Below, in pieces: positions 10,972 through 20,534 of a stretch of 64,000 nucleotides of DNA. A model generated the notes under the pieces. That model saw only the letters and a list, made by a program, of their open reading frames with translations, searched no databases and was not told where the DNA came from. Made by a program: the position numbers and the translations under genes. The stretch is from Candidatus Methylacidiphilales bacterium (lineage in GTDB: Bacteria > Verrucomicrobiota > Verrucomicrobiia > Methylacidiphilales > JBCBYL01). The stretch covers positions 1,481-65,480 of the forward strand of contig JBHJOR010000008.1 in NCBI GenBank assembly GCA_050329585.1, given 5' to 3'. Positions within the stretch are counted from its first letter, which is position 1, and each line of letters begins with the position of its first letter.

Positions 10972-11991
10972 ATGCTGAGTCGTAATGCGGATGCACTGCT
11001 CTGGATGAGCCGTTACATGGAGCGAACGGAAAACATCGCCCGTATTCTTGATGTCAATCTCCAGATGGTGCTCGACTGTCGTCGGCTTGATGATCGGCAA
11101 TTGGAACGGCATTGGGAACCTCTGGTGCTCAGTCTTGGAGAAGAAGAACTTTTTTTCTCCCTTTATGATAAACCCGACAGTGTCACCGTTCCTGAATTCC
11201 TGACCTTTGATGAGCGCAACCCCAATTCCATCCTGAGCTGTGTGCGCGCGGCGCGGGAAAATGCCCGTGGCATTCGCGACCAGATTTCATCAGAGATGTG
11301 GGAAGAGGTCAACCGACTCTACCTTTTCCTGCATACCCCGACGGCCCGTTCGGTCTGGCAGAACACACCCACCGATTTCTACAAGGAAATCAAGCAAAGC
11401 TCCTACCTCTTTCAAGGTCTGACCAACGCCACCTTGGTTCATGATGAAGGCCGTGATTTCAGTCAAGTCGGTCGTTTTATGGAGCGCGCGGATAAAACGT
11501 CCCGTCTTCTGGACGTCAAATACCACCTATTATTACCGGAGGGAAACGAAGTCGGCGGTGCGGTGGACTCGATTCAATGGGCAGCGGTTCTGCGCTGCTG
11601 CTCCGCTTTCGAAGCCTACCAGAGACACTACCGCTTTGACGTCAAACCTTGGCAAGTAGCCGAGTTCCTGATTTTTGCGCCCCACTTCCCGCGCTCCATA
11701 CGGTTTTGTTTAAGGGTGCTGGACAGCTCCTTGCGCGGCATATCCGGTTCCCGTCCCGGCCAGTTCGCCAATGAGGCTGAAAAACGCTCTGGGCGCCTCT
11801 TGGCTGAAATCAATTACAGCAGCATTGATGACATCTACGCTATCGGACTGCACGAATACCTCGATCGTCTACAGCTCCAGCTAAATGAGATTGGTCAACA
11901 CTTCCTCTCGGTTTACAACGCAGTGCCCCCCGGCAAGCTGGAAGAAGAAATCTCCATCCAGATCGACCAACAGCTGCAAATGCAGCAGTAG
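10972..11991 (+). CDS. alpha-E domain protein (DUF403)
   Basis: N-terminus MLSRNADALLWMSRYMERTENIARILDV is the hallmark start of alpha-E proteins. Lies immediately downstream of the CP ATP-grasp gene. Confidence 0.85.
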   Translation: MLSRNADALLWMSRYMERTENIARILDVNLQMVLDCRRLDDRQLERHWEPLVLSLGEEELFFSLYDKPDSVTVPEFLTFDERNPNSILSCVRAARENARGIRDQISSEMWEEVNRLYLFLHTPTARSVWQNTPTDFYKEIKQSSYLFQGLTNATLVHDEGRDFSQVGRFMERADKTSRLLDVKYHLLLPEGNEVGGAVDSIQWAAVLRCCSAFEAYQRHYRFDVKPWQVAEFLIFAPHFPRSIRFCLRVLDSSLRGISGSRPGQFANEAEKRSGRLLAEINYSSIDDIYAIGLHEYLDRLQLQLNEIGQHFLSVYNAVPPGKLEEEISIQIDQQLQMQQ

Positions 11992-12040
11992 TCCGGTGTT
12001 TTCTTCTCCACATTTTTTTTCCGCCGGTTAGAAACCATCC

Positions 12041-12973
12041 ATGCCCAGAACACTAGTCACCGGCGCGGCCGGATTCCTCGGATCCCACTTAGTCGATAAA
12101 TGCCTCGCCCATGGCCACGAAGTCATCGGTATGGACAACCTGCTCACCGGCAGCACCGCCAACATCGAACATCTCGCGGGTAACGATCGCTTTCACTTCA
12201 TTAAGCAAGATGTGACGGATTACATCTATGTGCCGGGAGCGATCGATTACATCTTTCATTTTGCCTCACCAGCCAGCCCGATTGATTATCTTGAAAAACC
12301 GATCCAGACTTTGAAAGTGGGATCTCTGGGAACTCACAAAACCTTGGGATTGGCCAAAGAAAAAGGCGCGGCGTATCTTCTGGCCTCCACTTCTGAATGT
12401 TATGGAGACCCGGAAGTTCACCCGCAACGCGAAGACTACTGGGGTAATGTCAATCCCATCGGGCCTCGTGGTGTCTATGATGAGGCCAAGCGTTTCGCTG
12501 AAGCCATGACCATGGCCTACCATCGCACCCATGGAGTCAACACCCACATCGTGCGCATTTTCAATACCTACGGCCCTCGAATGCGGCTAAGGGATGGTCG
12601 GGTGGTTCCGGCCTTTATCGGACAGGCATTACAAGGGCTTCCACTTACTGTGTTTGGCTCCGGTTCCCAAACCCGTAGTTTTTGTTACGTTTCCGACCTG
12701 ATTGAAGGAATTTTCCGCCTCTCCAAGTCCGAATACCACGAGCCGGTTAACATTGGCAACCCGCAGGAAATGACCATCAAGGAATTTGCCGAACGCATCA
12801 TGGCGCTCACGGGGTCCCCCAGCGGGATTGAATACAAAGATCTGCCCGTAGATGATCCAAAACAACGCAAGCCGGACATTTCCCTGGCCAAGCGGTTGTT
12901 GGACTGGGAGCCCCAGGTCAGCTTGGAAGATGGGCTGCGTCAGACCATTGAGTATTTTAGTAGTCGAGTCTAA
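12041..12973 (+). CDS. UDP-glucuronate decarboxylase (UDP-xylose synthase-like SDR)
   Basis: Motifs [18 protein letters not shown] (YxxxK) and [11 protein letters not shown]. Size is typical of the UXS family. Confidence 0.85.
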   Translation: MPRTLVTGAAGFLGSHLVDKCLAHGHEVIGMDNLLTGSTANIEHLAGNDRFHFIKQDVTDYIYVPGAIDYIFHFASPASPIDYLEKPIQTLKVGSLGTHKTLGLAKEKGAAYLLASTSECYGDPEVHPQREDYWGNVNPIGPRGVYDEAKRFAEAMTMAYHRTHGVNTHIVRIFNTYGPRMRLRDGRVVPAFIGQALQGLPLTVFGSGSQTRSFCYVSDLIEGIFRLSKSEYHEPVNIGNPQEMTIKEFAERIMALTGSPSGIEYKDLPVDDPKQRKPDISLAKRLLDWEPQVSLEDGLRQTIEYFSSRV

Positions 12974-12992
12974 GCGTTCACCTCATCGTGGC

Positions 12993-14318
12993 ATGAGCCT
13001 GCAAAAGATCACAGGTCTGTTTTTTCCAGCACTGCTGATTCTAGCGTTTTTGGTGGCTCCCGTTTTTTCGTTGCAGGCCCAGAGTACTGCCGCCGTCGAA
13101 CCTCCTTCCGAGCCGGATGAGCGCTACCGCAGTTCCCTGCTTTTCGCCCGTGTATTGGAAATGATCCGCAACGGATATGTGAATGCTAATGACATCGATA
13201 CTGAAAAACTGACCTTTTCCGCTTTGGAAGGGATGTTGAAATCCCTTGATCCCTATTCTGAATTCCTAGATGCGGCGGAATACTCGGAGCTTCAAACTGA
13301 GGCGTATGGACAGTTCGGTGGTTTGGGAGTTTACCTCGGTGTCCACAAAGATCGAAATCTGGTCATTAATATGCCGGTGCCGGGAGGTCCTGCCTTTAAA
13401 GCCGGGCTACGTCCAGGTGATGTCATTCTTGAAGTCAACGGACAAAGCACCAAAGGCGTCAGCCTTAGCCAAGCCATCCGCATCCTCAGAGGCAAACCCG
13501 GGGAAGAAGCCACCTTGGCCATCTACCGTCCCCAAACCCGTGAACGTTTGGAAATGCGCGTGCGCCGGGAAATTATCAGCGTGCCCACCGTCCGGGATGC
13601 TGAAATCCTACCTCAAGCGGCCTCGGGCGGGGTGCGTGTCGGCTACCTGCGTGTCCTGCAGTTTGGTGAGCAAACTGTACCCGAATTGCGAGATGCCATG
13701 GCTGAAATGAAGAAAAAAGGAATGGATGCTTTGATTCTTGATCTGCGCAATAACCCCGGAGGACTTTTGGAGTCCGCAGTTCAGTCCGCTGGGCTATTTG
13801 TCCGATCCGGTCGGGTGGTAGCCTATACTGAAGGTCGTTCCGACCAAGAAGGGCGTCAGTATTTCAGGGCTTCCCAAGCCAAAAGTGATCTTGAAACCCC
13901 CATGGTGGTTCTGGTTAACCGGCACAGTGCCAGCGGGGCGGAAATTGTAGCCGGTGCATTGAAAGATTTTGGTCGTGCGTTGGTCATGGGGGAGACCACC
14001 TATGGCAAAGGCTCCGTGCAGAGTATTCTACCCATCGATTATGGCACCGGCACGCCGCTTGCGGTGCGTCTGACTACCGCTAAATATTACACGCCGGGAA
14101 GGCAGGTGATTGATGAAATCGGTGTGAGTCCCCACATCGAAGTTCCTGTAACCCTCGAGGAGGAAGAATGGATTCTCAAGAAACAAAACCGCTACGTGTT
14201 GCCGCCCGAAGAACAGGCAGTCTTAGCTGAGGTTCGGGATCGTCAACTGGATCGCGCGGTGCATGTCCTGCGCGGCATGAGTATCTTCAGGCGCACTTAT
14301 CCCTTGGTTCGTCCATGA
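12993..14318 (+). CDS. S41 carboxy-terminal processing peptidase with PDZ domain
   Basis: ORF 12852..14318 trimmed to ATG 12993 (signal peptide MSLQKITGLFFPALLILAFLVAPVFSLQA). PDZ stretch GGPAFKAGLRPGDVILEVNG. S41 catalytic region VNRHSASGAEIVAGAL...TYGKGSVQ. Confidence 0.85.
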   Translation: MSLQKITGLFFPALLILAFLVAPVFSLQAQSTAAVEPPSEPDERYRSSLLFARVLEMIRNGYVNANDIDTEKLTFSALEGMLKSLDPYSEFLDAAEYSELQTEAYGQFGGLGVYLGVHKDRNLVINMPVPGGPAFKAGLRPGDVILEVNGQSTKGVSLSQAIRILRGKPGEEATLAIYRPQTRERLEMRVRREIISVPTVRDAEILPQAASGGVRVGYLRVLQFGEQTVPELRDAMAEMKKKGMDALILDLRNNPGGLLESAVQSAGLFVRSGRVVAYTEGRSDQEGRQYFRASQAKSDLETPMVVLVNRHSASGAEIVAGALKDFGRALVMGETTYGKGSVQSILPIDYGTGTPLAVRLTTAKYYTPGRQVIDEIGVSPHIEVPVTLEEEEWILKKQNRYVLPPEEQAVLAEVRDRQLDRAVHVLRGMSIFRRTYPLVRP

Positions 14319-15379
14319 AACCGGTGTCGGTCGTTCGTATTTTGGGTATCGAAACCTCGTGTGATGAAACGTCTGTAGCCTTGATGGAGTGGCCGTCCGA
14401 TGCCGAAACCCCGTCACTGCTCACTCATGAAATCGCATCGCAAATCGAGCAGCACCGGCCTTATGGTGGTGTGGTTCCTGAATTGGCCACCCGTCAGCAT
14501 ATGAAGCATCTCGATGGCATGGTAGGTCGGACGCTTTCTGCTCAAGGTTGGCAAACCGAGGATCTGACTTGTGTCGCGGTGACCATGGGGCCCGGTTTGG
14601 CATCCTCTTTGATGGTCGGAACCGCCTATGCGCGTGGTCTGGCTTTGGCGGCGGGTCTGCCGGTGGCGGGCATCCATCACATGGAAGGACACCTGCTCTC
14701 GGTTTTTTTGGGCTCAGGTTGTGCGCCACAGTATCCACATCTGGCACTGGTGATCAGCGGTGGTCACACTCTCTTGGTTGCCGTTCTTGAACCCTGGCAG
14801 TACCAGATTTTGGGCAAAACCCGCGACGATGCAGTGGGTGAGGCCTATGACAAAGTGGCAAAACTCCTTGGCCTTTCCTATCCTGGAGGCCCGGAAGTCG
14901 AACGTCGCGGACGTGATGGGGATCCCCGGCGTTTTATTTTCCCTCGCAGCATGTTGCATTCAGGTGATGACGCTTTCAGTTTCAGCGGACTCAAAACAGC
15001 GGTGCGCTACGAACTCGAAAAATGGCCGCCTCCATGGAATGACCAGCTTATCGCCGACATCTGTGCGGGCTTTCAAAGTGCGGTGGTGGATATTCTGGTG
15101 GGCAAATGCCTGCGCGTTCTGCAGCGCACTCACCTGCCGCTCTTAACAGTCAGTGGAGGTGTAGCCGCCAACCAAAGCCTCATTAGCGCACTGGATAAAG
15201 CATCTGCCGACATGGGAGTTCGAGTGCTGTCCGCGCCGCGCCAATACAGCACTGATAATGCAGCCATGATTGCACACGCTGCGGCATGGCGGCATCGGGA
15301 TGGAGTTCTGGATGAGGGGCCGTCCGATGTGATGCCGGTTTGGCCGCTGGATGCGCTTAATCGTTTGGAGCCGGATTGA
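14315..15379 (+). CDS. tsaD: tRNA N6-adenosine threonylcarbamoyltransferase
   Basis: Motifs ILGIETSCDETSVAL, HHMEGHL, ISGGHT and VSGGVAAN. Confidence 0.9.
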   Translation: MKPVSVVRILGIETSCDETSVALMEWPSDAETPSLLTHEIASQIEQHRPYGGVVPELATRQHMKHLDGMVGRTLSAQGWQTEDLTCVAVTMGPGLASSLMVGTAYARGLALAAGLPVAGIHHMEGHLLSVFLGSGCAPQYPHLALVISGGHTLLVAVLEPWQYQILGKTRDDAVGEAYDKVAKLLGLSYPGGPEVERRGRDGDPRRFIFPRSMLHSGDDAFSFSGLKTAVRYELEKWPPPWNDQLIADICAGFQSAVVDILVGKCLRVLQRTHLPLLTVSGGVAANQSLISALDKASADMGVRVLSAPRQYSTDNAAMIAHAAAWRHRDGVLDEGPSDVMPVWPLDALNRLEPD

Positions 15380-16082
15380 TGGTGGCAGCCCTTTGAGATG
15401 CAATCGGAGCAGCATGCTTGGAAAGGTCGCAGTTTGACTCCATGGCAGCCCAAATCCATCGTGGTAGAGAACGGTTTTTTTCACCGGTTTGCAGCGACCA
15501 AACGGGAAGTCCGGTCAAATCCTCAAGCACTGCGGCATTGGTTTGAGATGCCAAATCATCCGGACAATCGTGGTGATTCATGATTAATCCTTTTATCGTC
15601 AGTCCGGTGCAACAGATACTCTCCACAGTGAGAAGCGTATGATTCAGTGTCCCCAGTGAGGCCCGGCAGACCACCAGCACCGGTAGACCGAAATCCACCG
15701 CTAAATCTTTGATCCAATAATCCCTGGTAATGGGCACCAGCCACCCTCCCGCACCTTCCACTAGAAAGGGGCCGGTATAGGCTTGACCGAGACGACTCCA
15801 TGTTTCCATGACAGGTGTCAGATTCGCTTGGCGTTCTTCTAAAACGGATGATGCGTAAGGTGCGAGAGGTGCTGGAAAATAAAGCGGGTTAATTTCATTC
15901 AAGGTTAGACATTCGCCGTTGATTCGGGCCAGTGCCTCTGCGTCGCCACGGTCTCCGCAGGCAATCGGTTTGAGGCCCAACGCAGGGATTCCAGCATTAC
16001 GAAAACGTTCAACGAGCAAACAGGTCACCCACGTTTTCCCCACCCCGGTATCGGTTCCAGTAATAAAAAAACCTTGGCTCAT
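15357..16082 (-). CDS. bioD: dethiobiotin synthase
   Basis: P-loop FFITGTDTGVGKTWVT and LVEGAGGW. Convergent 23-nt overlap with tsaD. Confidence 0.85.
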   Translation of the reverse strand: MSQGFFITGTDTGVGKTWVTCLLVERFRNAGIPALGLKPIACGDRGDAEALARINGECLTLNEINPLYFPAPLAPYASSVLEERQANLTPVMETWSRLGQAYTGPFLVEGAGGWLVPITRDYWIKDLAVDFGLPVLVVCRASLGTLNHTLLTVESICCTGLTIKGLIMNHHDCPDDLASQTNAAVLEDLTGLPVWSLQTGEKNRSLPRWIWAAMESNCDLSKHAAPIASQRAATINPAPND

Positions 16083-16131
16083 ACCACTAGCATCAGACCA
16101 ATCCGAGCGGGATTAAGTGTAATGGGGGCAC

Positions 16132-16479
16132 TTACTGCAGGTTGGTCAGTGCGTCTTCGTTGGTGTGATAAAGATAAGCACCGCAGTTTTCACACACATT
16201 GAGGTCATTACCCTTCGCGATGCGGCTGCGACTGCCCACCGGAACCGAGATAAAACAGGACTGACATACCCAATTATAAACCTGCGCAGTGCTCTTACGT
16301 CCCAGTTTGCGAATGCGGTCGTGGTGAGAGAGTATAAATTTGGGGATCTCAGGACGTATAGCATCCGCTTGCTTTTGAGCTTCCTGACGTTTTTTCGAGC
16401 GTGGAGTCGCGAACGTCACGAGGGTGTCTTCAAGTTCATTGAGCCGAATGAGTTGCCCCATGAGAGTTTTAGCATCCAT
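16132..16479 (-). CDS. C4 zinc-ribbon protein (COG1579-like C-terminus)
   Basis: 115 aa. Coiled N-terminal part, then CQSC...x19...CENC zinc ribbon. Confidence 0.55.
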   Translation of the reverse strand: MDAKTLMGQLIRLNELEDTLVTFATPRSKKRQEAQKQADAIRPEIPKFILSHHDRIRKLGRKSTAQVYNWVCQSCFISVPVGSRSRIAKGNDLNVCENCGAYLYHTNEDALTNLQ

Positions 16480-16569
16480 TAGGTTATATTGTTCTTTAGT
16501 CTGTCTAAAAAGTCAAGTTACGAATCATTAGCGGGCGGAATAATTTAAAAAAATCCATTCATGGCATGA

Positions 16570-17553
16570 TTACGATACGCGCTGGCTCGGGCGTGAGCGG
16601 AACTTCAGGAAAACCAAGCCTCCAGCCAGTGCCCACAGATAGATCACCATGGTGCCACCCAGTGACAGAGCAATGGATGATTCCTCGGTCATGTGGGCAA
16701 ACTGAAGGAAATGTGAAAAAGCCAGCTCCCGCAAACCCACTCCGTTCGGCGTGACCGGGATCATGCTCACCATCATAATGAGAGGGAGCACTGCTGCTAA
16801 ATCCCAAAAAGCGATCGTCATATGCAGGGCGCGCGACACACAATAAAATGTTCCCATCAATGTAAAATGCGCCACCGCCGACAGCAGTAGTCCACCTCGA
16901 AAACACGCCGGGTGTCTCATAAAGAACTGATACGCATCAGCCGCTTCATGCAGAACTTCCTGGAAAGGGAACCTTTTCCAAATGGTTTTCCCAAATGGAA
17001 ACCACTCTCCTAGCTTCCGCCACATTCCTATGGCGATTAAACCCACGATGAGCGAAAAAAAGACAAAATACAGATATACGGCAACCCGGGTCGCAGGTTC
17101 AGCAGTAAGTCGATCATACCGGCTCAAAATCAATGCAGTGGAAACGGCGAACATAGCAATAAAACCCAGCAATCGTTCCATCACTATCGACATCAACAAG
17201 GTGGTTCGTTTTTCGGGGATTTCGCGCCCGGCAAAATACGCTTTCAGCAGATCACCACCCATGGAGCCCGGAAGAAACAAATTGGCAAAAAGCCCAATTA
17301 AAGTCAGTTGCGCGGTGCGCAGCCATCTCAGTCCCACTCCCGCAGACCCCAGCAGCACTTGCCATCGGATAATCCCCAATAGGGTGGTGGTTCCATAACA
17401 AACCGCCGCCGCGAGCATCCAAGAGGGGTCGGCAGCACGGATGGTTCGGAAAAACGTGTTCCACTCGATTTGGCTATACAAATACCACCCGATAAGTGCG
17501 AGCATCAACAGCTTCAGCAGCATTCCCCACGGCACCCTCCTAAAAAATTCCAT
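16570..17553 (-). CDS. flippase-like membrane protein (lysylphosphatidylglycerol-synthase TM-region / UPF0104 family)
   Basis: 327 aa with about 8 TM segments. GSMGGDLLKAYF-type motif and general architecture of the family. Confidence 0.65.
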   Translation of the reverse strand: MEFFRRVPWGMLLKLLMLALIGWYLYSQIEWNTFFRTIRAADPSWMLAAAVCYGTTTLLGIIRWQVLLGSAGVGLRWLRTAQLTLIGLFANLFLPGSMGGDLLKAYFAGREIPEKRTTLLMSIVMERLLGFIAMFAVSTALILSRYDRLTAEPATRVAVYLYFVFFSLIVGLIAIGMWRKLGEWFPFGKTIWKRFPFQEVLHEAADAYQFFMRHPACFRGGLLLSAVAHFTLMGTFYCVSRALHMTIAFWDLAAVLPLIMMVSMIPVTPNGVGLRELAFSHFLQFAHMTEESSIALSLGGTMVIYLWALAGGLVFLKFRSRPSQRVS

Positions 17554-17602
17554 AAAGAAAAATGATTACAGCAACCGTATAAAATTAACAACATTCATCC
17601 TG

Positions 17603-18868
17603 TCATCCCAACTTTTTCCACACCACGCACGCGTTTTGACCTCCAAGTCCAAAAGCGGTTTTGACACAAATTGACATATCGTGATCCTGCGCCCGGTTAG
17701 GAGCAAAACGCAGCCCCTCTCCTTCCGGGTCGGGAGTCTCCAGATTGACTGAAGGTGGGCATTGCCTTCGTTGCATGGCTCCCAAGGTGGCAATTGATTC
17801 AACTGCGCCGGCGGCCATGGCTAAATGCCCGATCATGGATTTAGTTGAAGAAATCCATGGCGCGTTTTCCCGATGCCGTCCAAAGACCTCGGCAAAGGCG
17901 CGACATTCCATCACGTCATTGGCCACCGTAGAGGTGCCGTGGGCGTTAAGATAATCGACCTGGCAGGGATCCAGCCCTGCGCGTTGCAGGGCCAGTCGGA
18001 TACATTCGGCGGCGGCGATTCCATCCTGACTCGGCTCAGTAGGATGTTCGGCATCATGGGTGAGAGACCATGATGCCAGCTCGGCCAAAGGTTTGGCTCC
18101 CCGGTGTTCAGCGTGCTCAAGAGATTCCAAAACCAGAAACCCGGCCCCCTCTCCAATCACGAAACCCGATCGATTTTGATCAAAAGGGCGACTGGCACCT
18201 CGAATGGATTCGCTGTCCAGCATATTGCCTGAATAAAGCACCCCCATGCGCGCGTAGCCTAGAATGCCCAGTGGATGGCAGCGTGAATCCGAGGCACCCG
18301 CCAGCCAAAGATCCGATCTGCCGGAACGTATGCTGCGTGCCGCATGCACCATGGCGTGCAGACCTGCTGCACACGCTGCGTGGTCGGCCACCAGCCTGCC
18401 TTTTAATCCGAGTGCTCGGTGCAGAGCAGATTCCGTGGTGCCGGGGAAGGAAAATTGAAAATCGGGTTGTCCGCGCCATGCATCCAGCATGCGGTCGGAC
18501 CACCCGTTAGTTTCGGTGAGCGAGGTGGGCGCAGGAGCCCATCCCACAGCGGCAGCTAACGACGTGGATTCTGGTGGTCGGTCAGGATCCAGTCCCGCAT
18601 GAAATAACGCATCCCGAGCGGCGTGCCACGCCATGAGTGATGACCGGTGTGCAGGCACCTGCGCTGGAGCGGAAAGTGGTGCGGTGACTTCGGAAGCGAG
18701 AGATACCGGCATTGCGCTGGTATCAATATTCCTGATGCGGGCCAATGTGACCTGCCCGCTTAATGTGCCCTCAATCAAGGCTGGGGCACCCAAGCCGTAC
18801 GCACTTACCGCGCCCATGCCGGTTACCACGATGCGACGGCGGGCCGACTGAGGTGGGCAGGAAGCCAT
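17603..18868 (-). CDS. beta-ketoacyl-ACP synthase (KAS I/II class), divergent paralogue
   Basis: Motifs RRIVVTGMGAVS, active-site Cys in DHAACAAG, RPFDQNRSGFVIGEGAGFLVLE, and His residues in NAHGTST and KSMIGHLAMAAG. Confidence 0.85.
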   Translation of the reverse strand: MASCPPQSARRRIVVTGMGAVSAYGLGAPALIEGTLSGQVTLARIRNIDTSAMPVSLASEVTAPLSAPAQVPAHRSSLMAWHAARDALFHAGLDPDRPPESTSLAAAVGWAPAPTSLTETNGWSDRMLDAWRGQPDFQFSFPGTTESALHRALGLKGRLVADHAACAAGLHAMVHAARSIRSGRSDLWLAGASDSRCHPLGILGYARMGVLYSGNMLDSESIRGASRPFDQNRSGFVIGEGAGFLVLESLEHAEHRGAKPLAELASWSLTHDAEHPTEPSQDGIAAAECIRLALQRAGLDPCQVDYLNAHGTSTVANDVMECRAFAEVFGRHRENAPWISSTKSMIGHLAMAAGAVESIATLGAMQRRQCPPSVNLETPDPEGEGLRFAPNRAQDHDMSICVKTAFGLGGQNACVVWKKLG

Positions 18869-18875
18869 GCTGTGA

Positions 18876-19142
18876 TTAATTCAGGCGCACCAGAAGGTAT
18901 TGAACCACATCCCGGATGCGCAGATTTTCCGGGGCGGGATCGGTTCCTTCGAATAATTCGCCCTCCGGAATTTCAATGCCGAAGGCTTTTTCCAGCCGGA
19001 ACGTGAGATCGACCAAATCAATCGACTCGGCACCCAAGTCACCGATTAAAAAAGATTCAGGTGCGATATGCTCGGCATCCACACGGAGGGCGGCGGCGAT
19101 TTCAGAGGTGACGCGCGCCCGTAATTCAGATTCTGTCATCAT
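18876..19142 (-). CDS. acyl carrier protein (divergent from housekeeping AcpP)
   Basis: Phosphopantetheine site DLGAESIDLVDL, with the Ser about 40 residues from Met at 19142. The ORF track offers an upstream start at 19199, which would overlap the SDR stop. Confidence 0.75.
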   Translation of the reverse strand: MMTESELRARVTSEIAAALRVDAEHIAPESFLIGDLGAESIDLVDLTFRLEKAFGIEIPEGELFEGTDPAPENLRIRDVVQYLLVRLN

Positions 19143-19191
19143 CTGTAGAATACAAGGCCGGTCTAGTAGTGGCAATCCTGTATGGCGCAGT

Positions 19192-19887
19192 TTATCCACC
19201 CGCCACCCGGATGATTTGTCCGGTTATATAGGTGCTGTGCGGGCTGGAGAGAAAATCCACTACAGCGGCCACTTCGTCCGGAGTTCCGGTTCGACCCAAA
19301 GCAATGCTCTCAAGAATATGGGCTTGATGTTGTGGGCTGAGTTCCCTCCACATGGGTGATTCGATGAATCCCGGGGCAATGGCATTGACGCGGATATTTT
19401 TGGAGCCGAGTTCCTTCGCTAATCCTCGGATCCAGGATTCCAATGCTCCCTTAGTAGCCGCGTAGGCACTCTGTCCGGTGCGCGGGTGTTGCGCGGCATG
19501 TGAGGAACATACGATGATGCTGCCGCCACCTGCACGCATCATCCAAGGCAGGCACGCCGTGATCAGTCGCCTGGGGTGATTAAAGTTGGCTTCAAACAAT
19601 TCGAACGTTTCCTGCTCCGAGGTTTTAAGTGCCAACCGGTTGAGGGTGCGACCGCTCATACAGATAAGTGAACTCGGAGCCCCATAGTTCTGAAACCAAG
19701 CTTCGGCCTTATCGGGCCAATCTTGCGGTTGGCTTGGAAGGATTTCATGAGGCCAGTGTACTTCAAATGGGGGAGACTTCCGGTAGAGTGCCAGCACGCG
19801 GCGTTGTTGAGTGTGCAGGCGAGACAATACCGCCCGACCCAGCGTTCCACTGGCACCGTCCAGCCAAACGGGTCTTTCTGCGGTCAT
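19192..19887 (-). CDS. SDR-family oxidoreductase, 3-oxoacyl-ACP reductase-like
   Basis: Motifs GASGTLGRAV, catalytic YAATKGA and NAIAPGFIESPM. 4-nt overlap with the upstream gene. Confidence 0.8.
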   Translation of the reverse strand: MTAERPVWLDGASGTLGRAVLSRLHTQQRRVLALYRKSPPFEVHWPHEILPSQPQDWPDKAEAWFQNYGAPSSLICMSGRTLNRLALKTSEQETFELFEANFNHPRRLITACLPWMMRAGGGSIIVCSSHAAQHPRTGQSAYAATKGALESWIRGLAKELGSKNIRVNAIAPGFIESPMWRELSPQHQAHILESIALGRTGTPDEVAAVVDFLSSPHSTYITGQIIRVAGG

Positions 19888-20525
19888 GGTTTTGATCCTC
19901 GAGTCCGCGCAGGATCTTCAGGCCATGGCGATACGCGCGGGCCGGCTTGCGTTCCCAGAAGAAGCATCCGTGCATGGATGTCATCTGAATCGCCCTGTAT
20001 TCTGACCTCAAGAAGCGCGACCTCATCGGCCTCGTCACTGCTGAACAAGTCTTCAATAAGAAGGCAGCAGTCTTCGTAACCTTGATCTTCTCCTGCCAAG
20101 CTGTGAACCGGACCCTCGATCATATATTCTCTCGCTAGATGGGCGGCGGTCATGTTAGGCAGGTGATGCAGCAGCCACAGTGGGGGCACATTTCTTCGCA
20201 GTTGTTGGTCACTAAGCGGTGAAGTGCCGGATGCTGCCAACCAGCCAAATCGTGAAGAGGATCTTTCGGAGCCGGAGTTTTGTATGACCACCAAGGCCCG
20301 CCTTGGCGGGGTTGATTTCCATGAGGAAGCCAGTGGATACGTGGCAAGGTGCGCGGCCTGGGCTCTGCGATCCATGGCTTTGATCAATTTAGGCCAGCGC
20401 AGGGTTCGGGCCACTTGATCTTCCAGAGTTCGGATGTCGGTGCCAGCTTCAATATGATAGGTTCCTTCCGCTTGTATAAAGCAGAAGAAGCTGGGGGCGT
20501 TGATCGCGGGGCCGGTAGGGGTCAT
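19884..20525 (-). CDS. truncated ketosynthase-like protein lacking the active-site Cys (chain-length-factor-like?)
   Basis: 213 aa. PNMTAAHLAREYMIEGPVHSL resembles the KS N-domain stretch preceding the catalytic Cys, but the Cys position reads LAGEDQG. No C-terminal KS half is present. Confidence 0.45.
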   Translation of the reverse strand: MTPTGPAINAPSFFCFIQAEGTYHIEAGTDIRTLEDQVARTLRWPKLIKAMDRRAQAAHLATYPLASSWKSTPPRRALVVIQNSGSERSSSRFGWLAASGTSPLSDQQLRRNVPPLWLLHHLPNMTAAHLAREYMIEGPVHSLAGEDQGYEDCCLLIEDLFSSDEADEVALLEVRIQGDSDDIHARMLLLGTQAGPRVSPWPEDPARTRGSKP

Positions 20526-20534
20526 GCGTATCGG

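Noticed and set aside
17603-19887. Housekeeping fabG-acpP-fabF cluster.
   Set aside because: The gene order matches, but the ACP and SDR sequences deviate strongly from the near-invariant AcpP/FabG cores (for example GASGTLG instead of GASRGIG, and no NNAG). fabH/fabD are absent and a truncated KS-like ORF precedes the cluster. I kept this as an explicit refutation test instead of the primary call.
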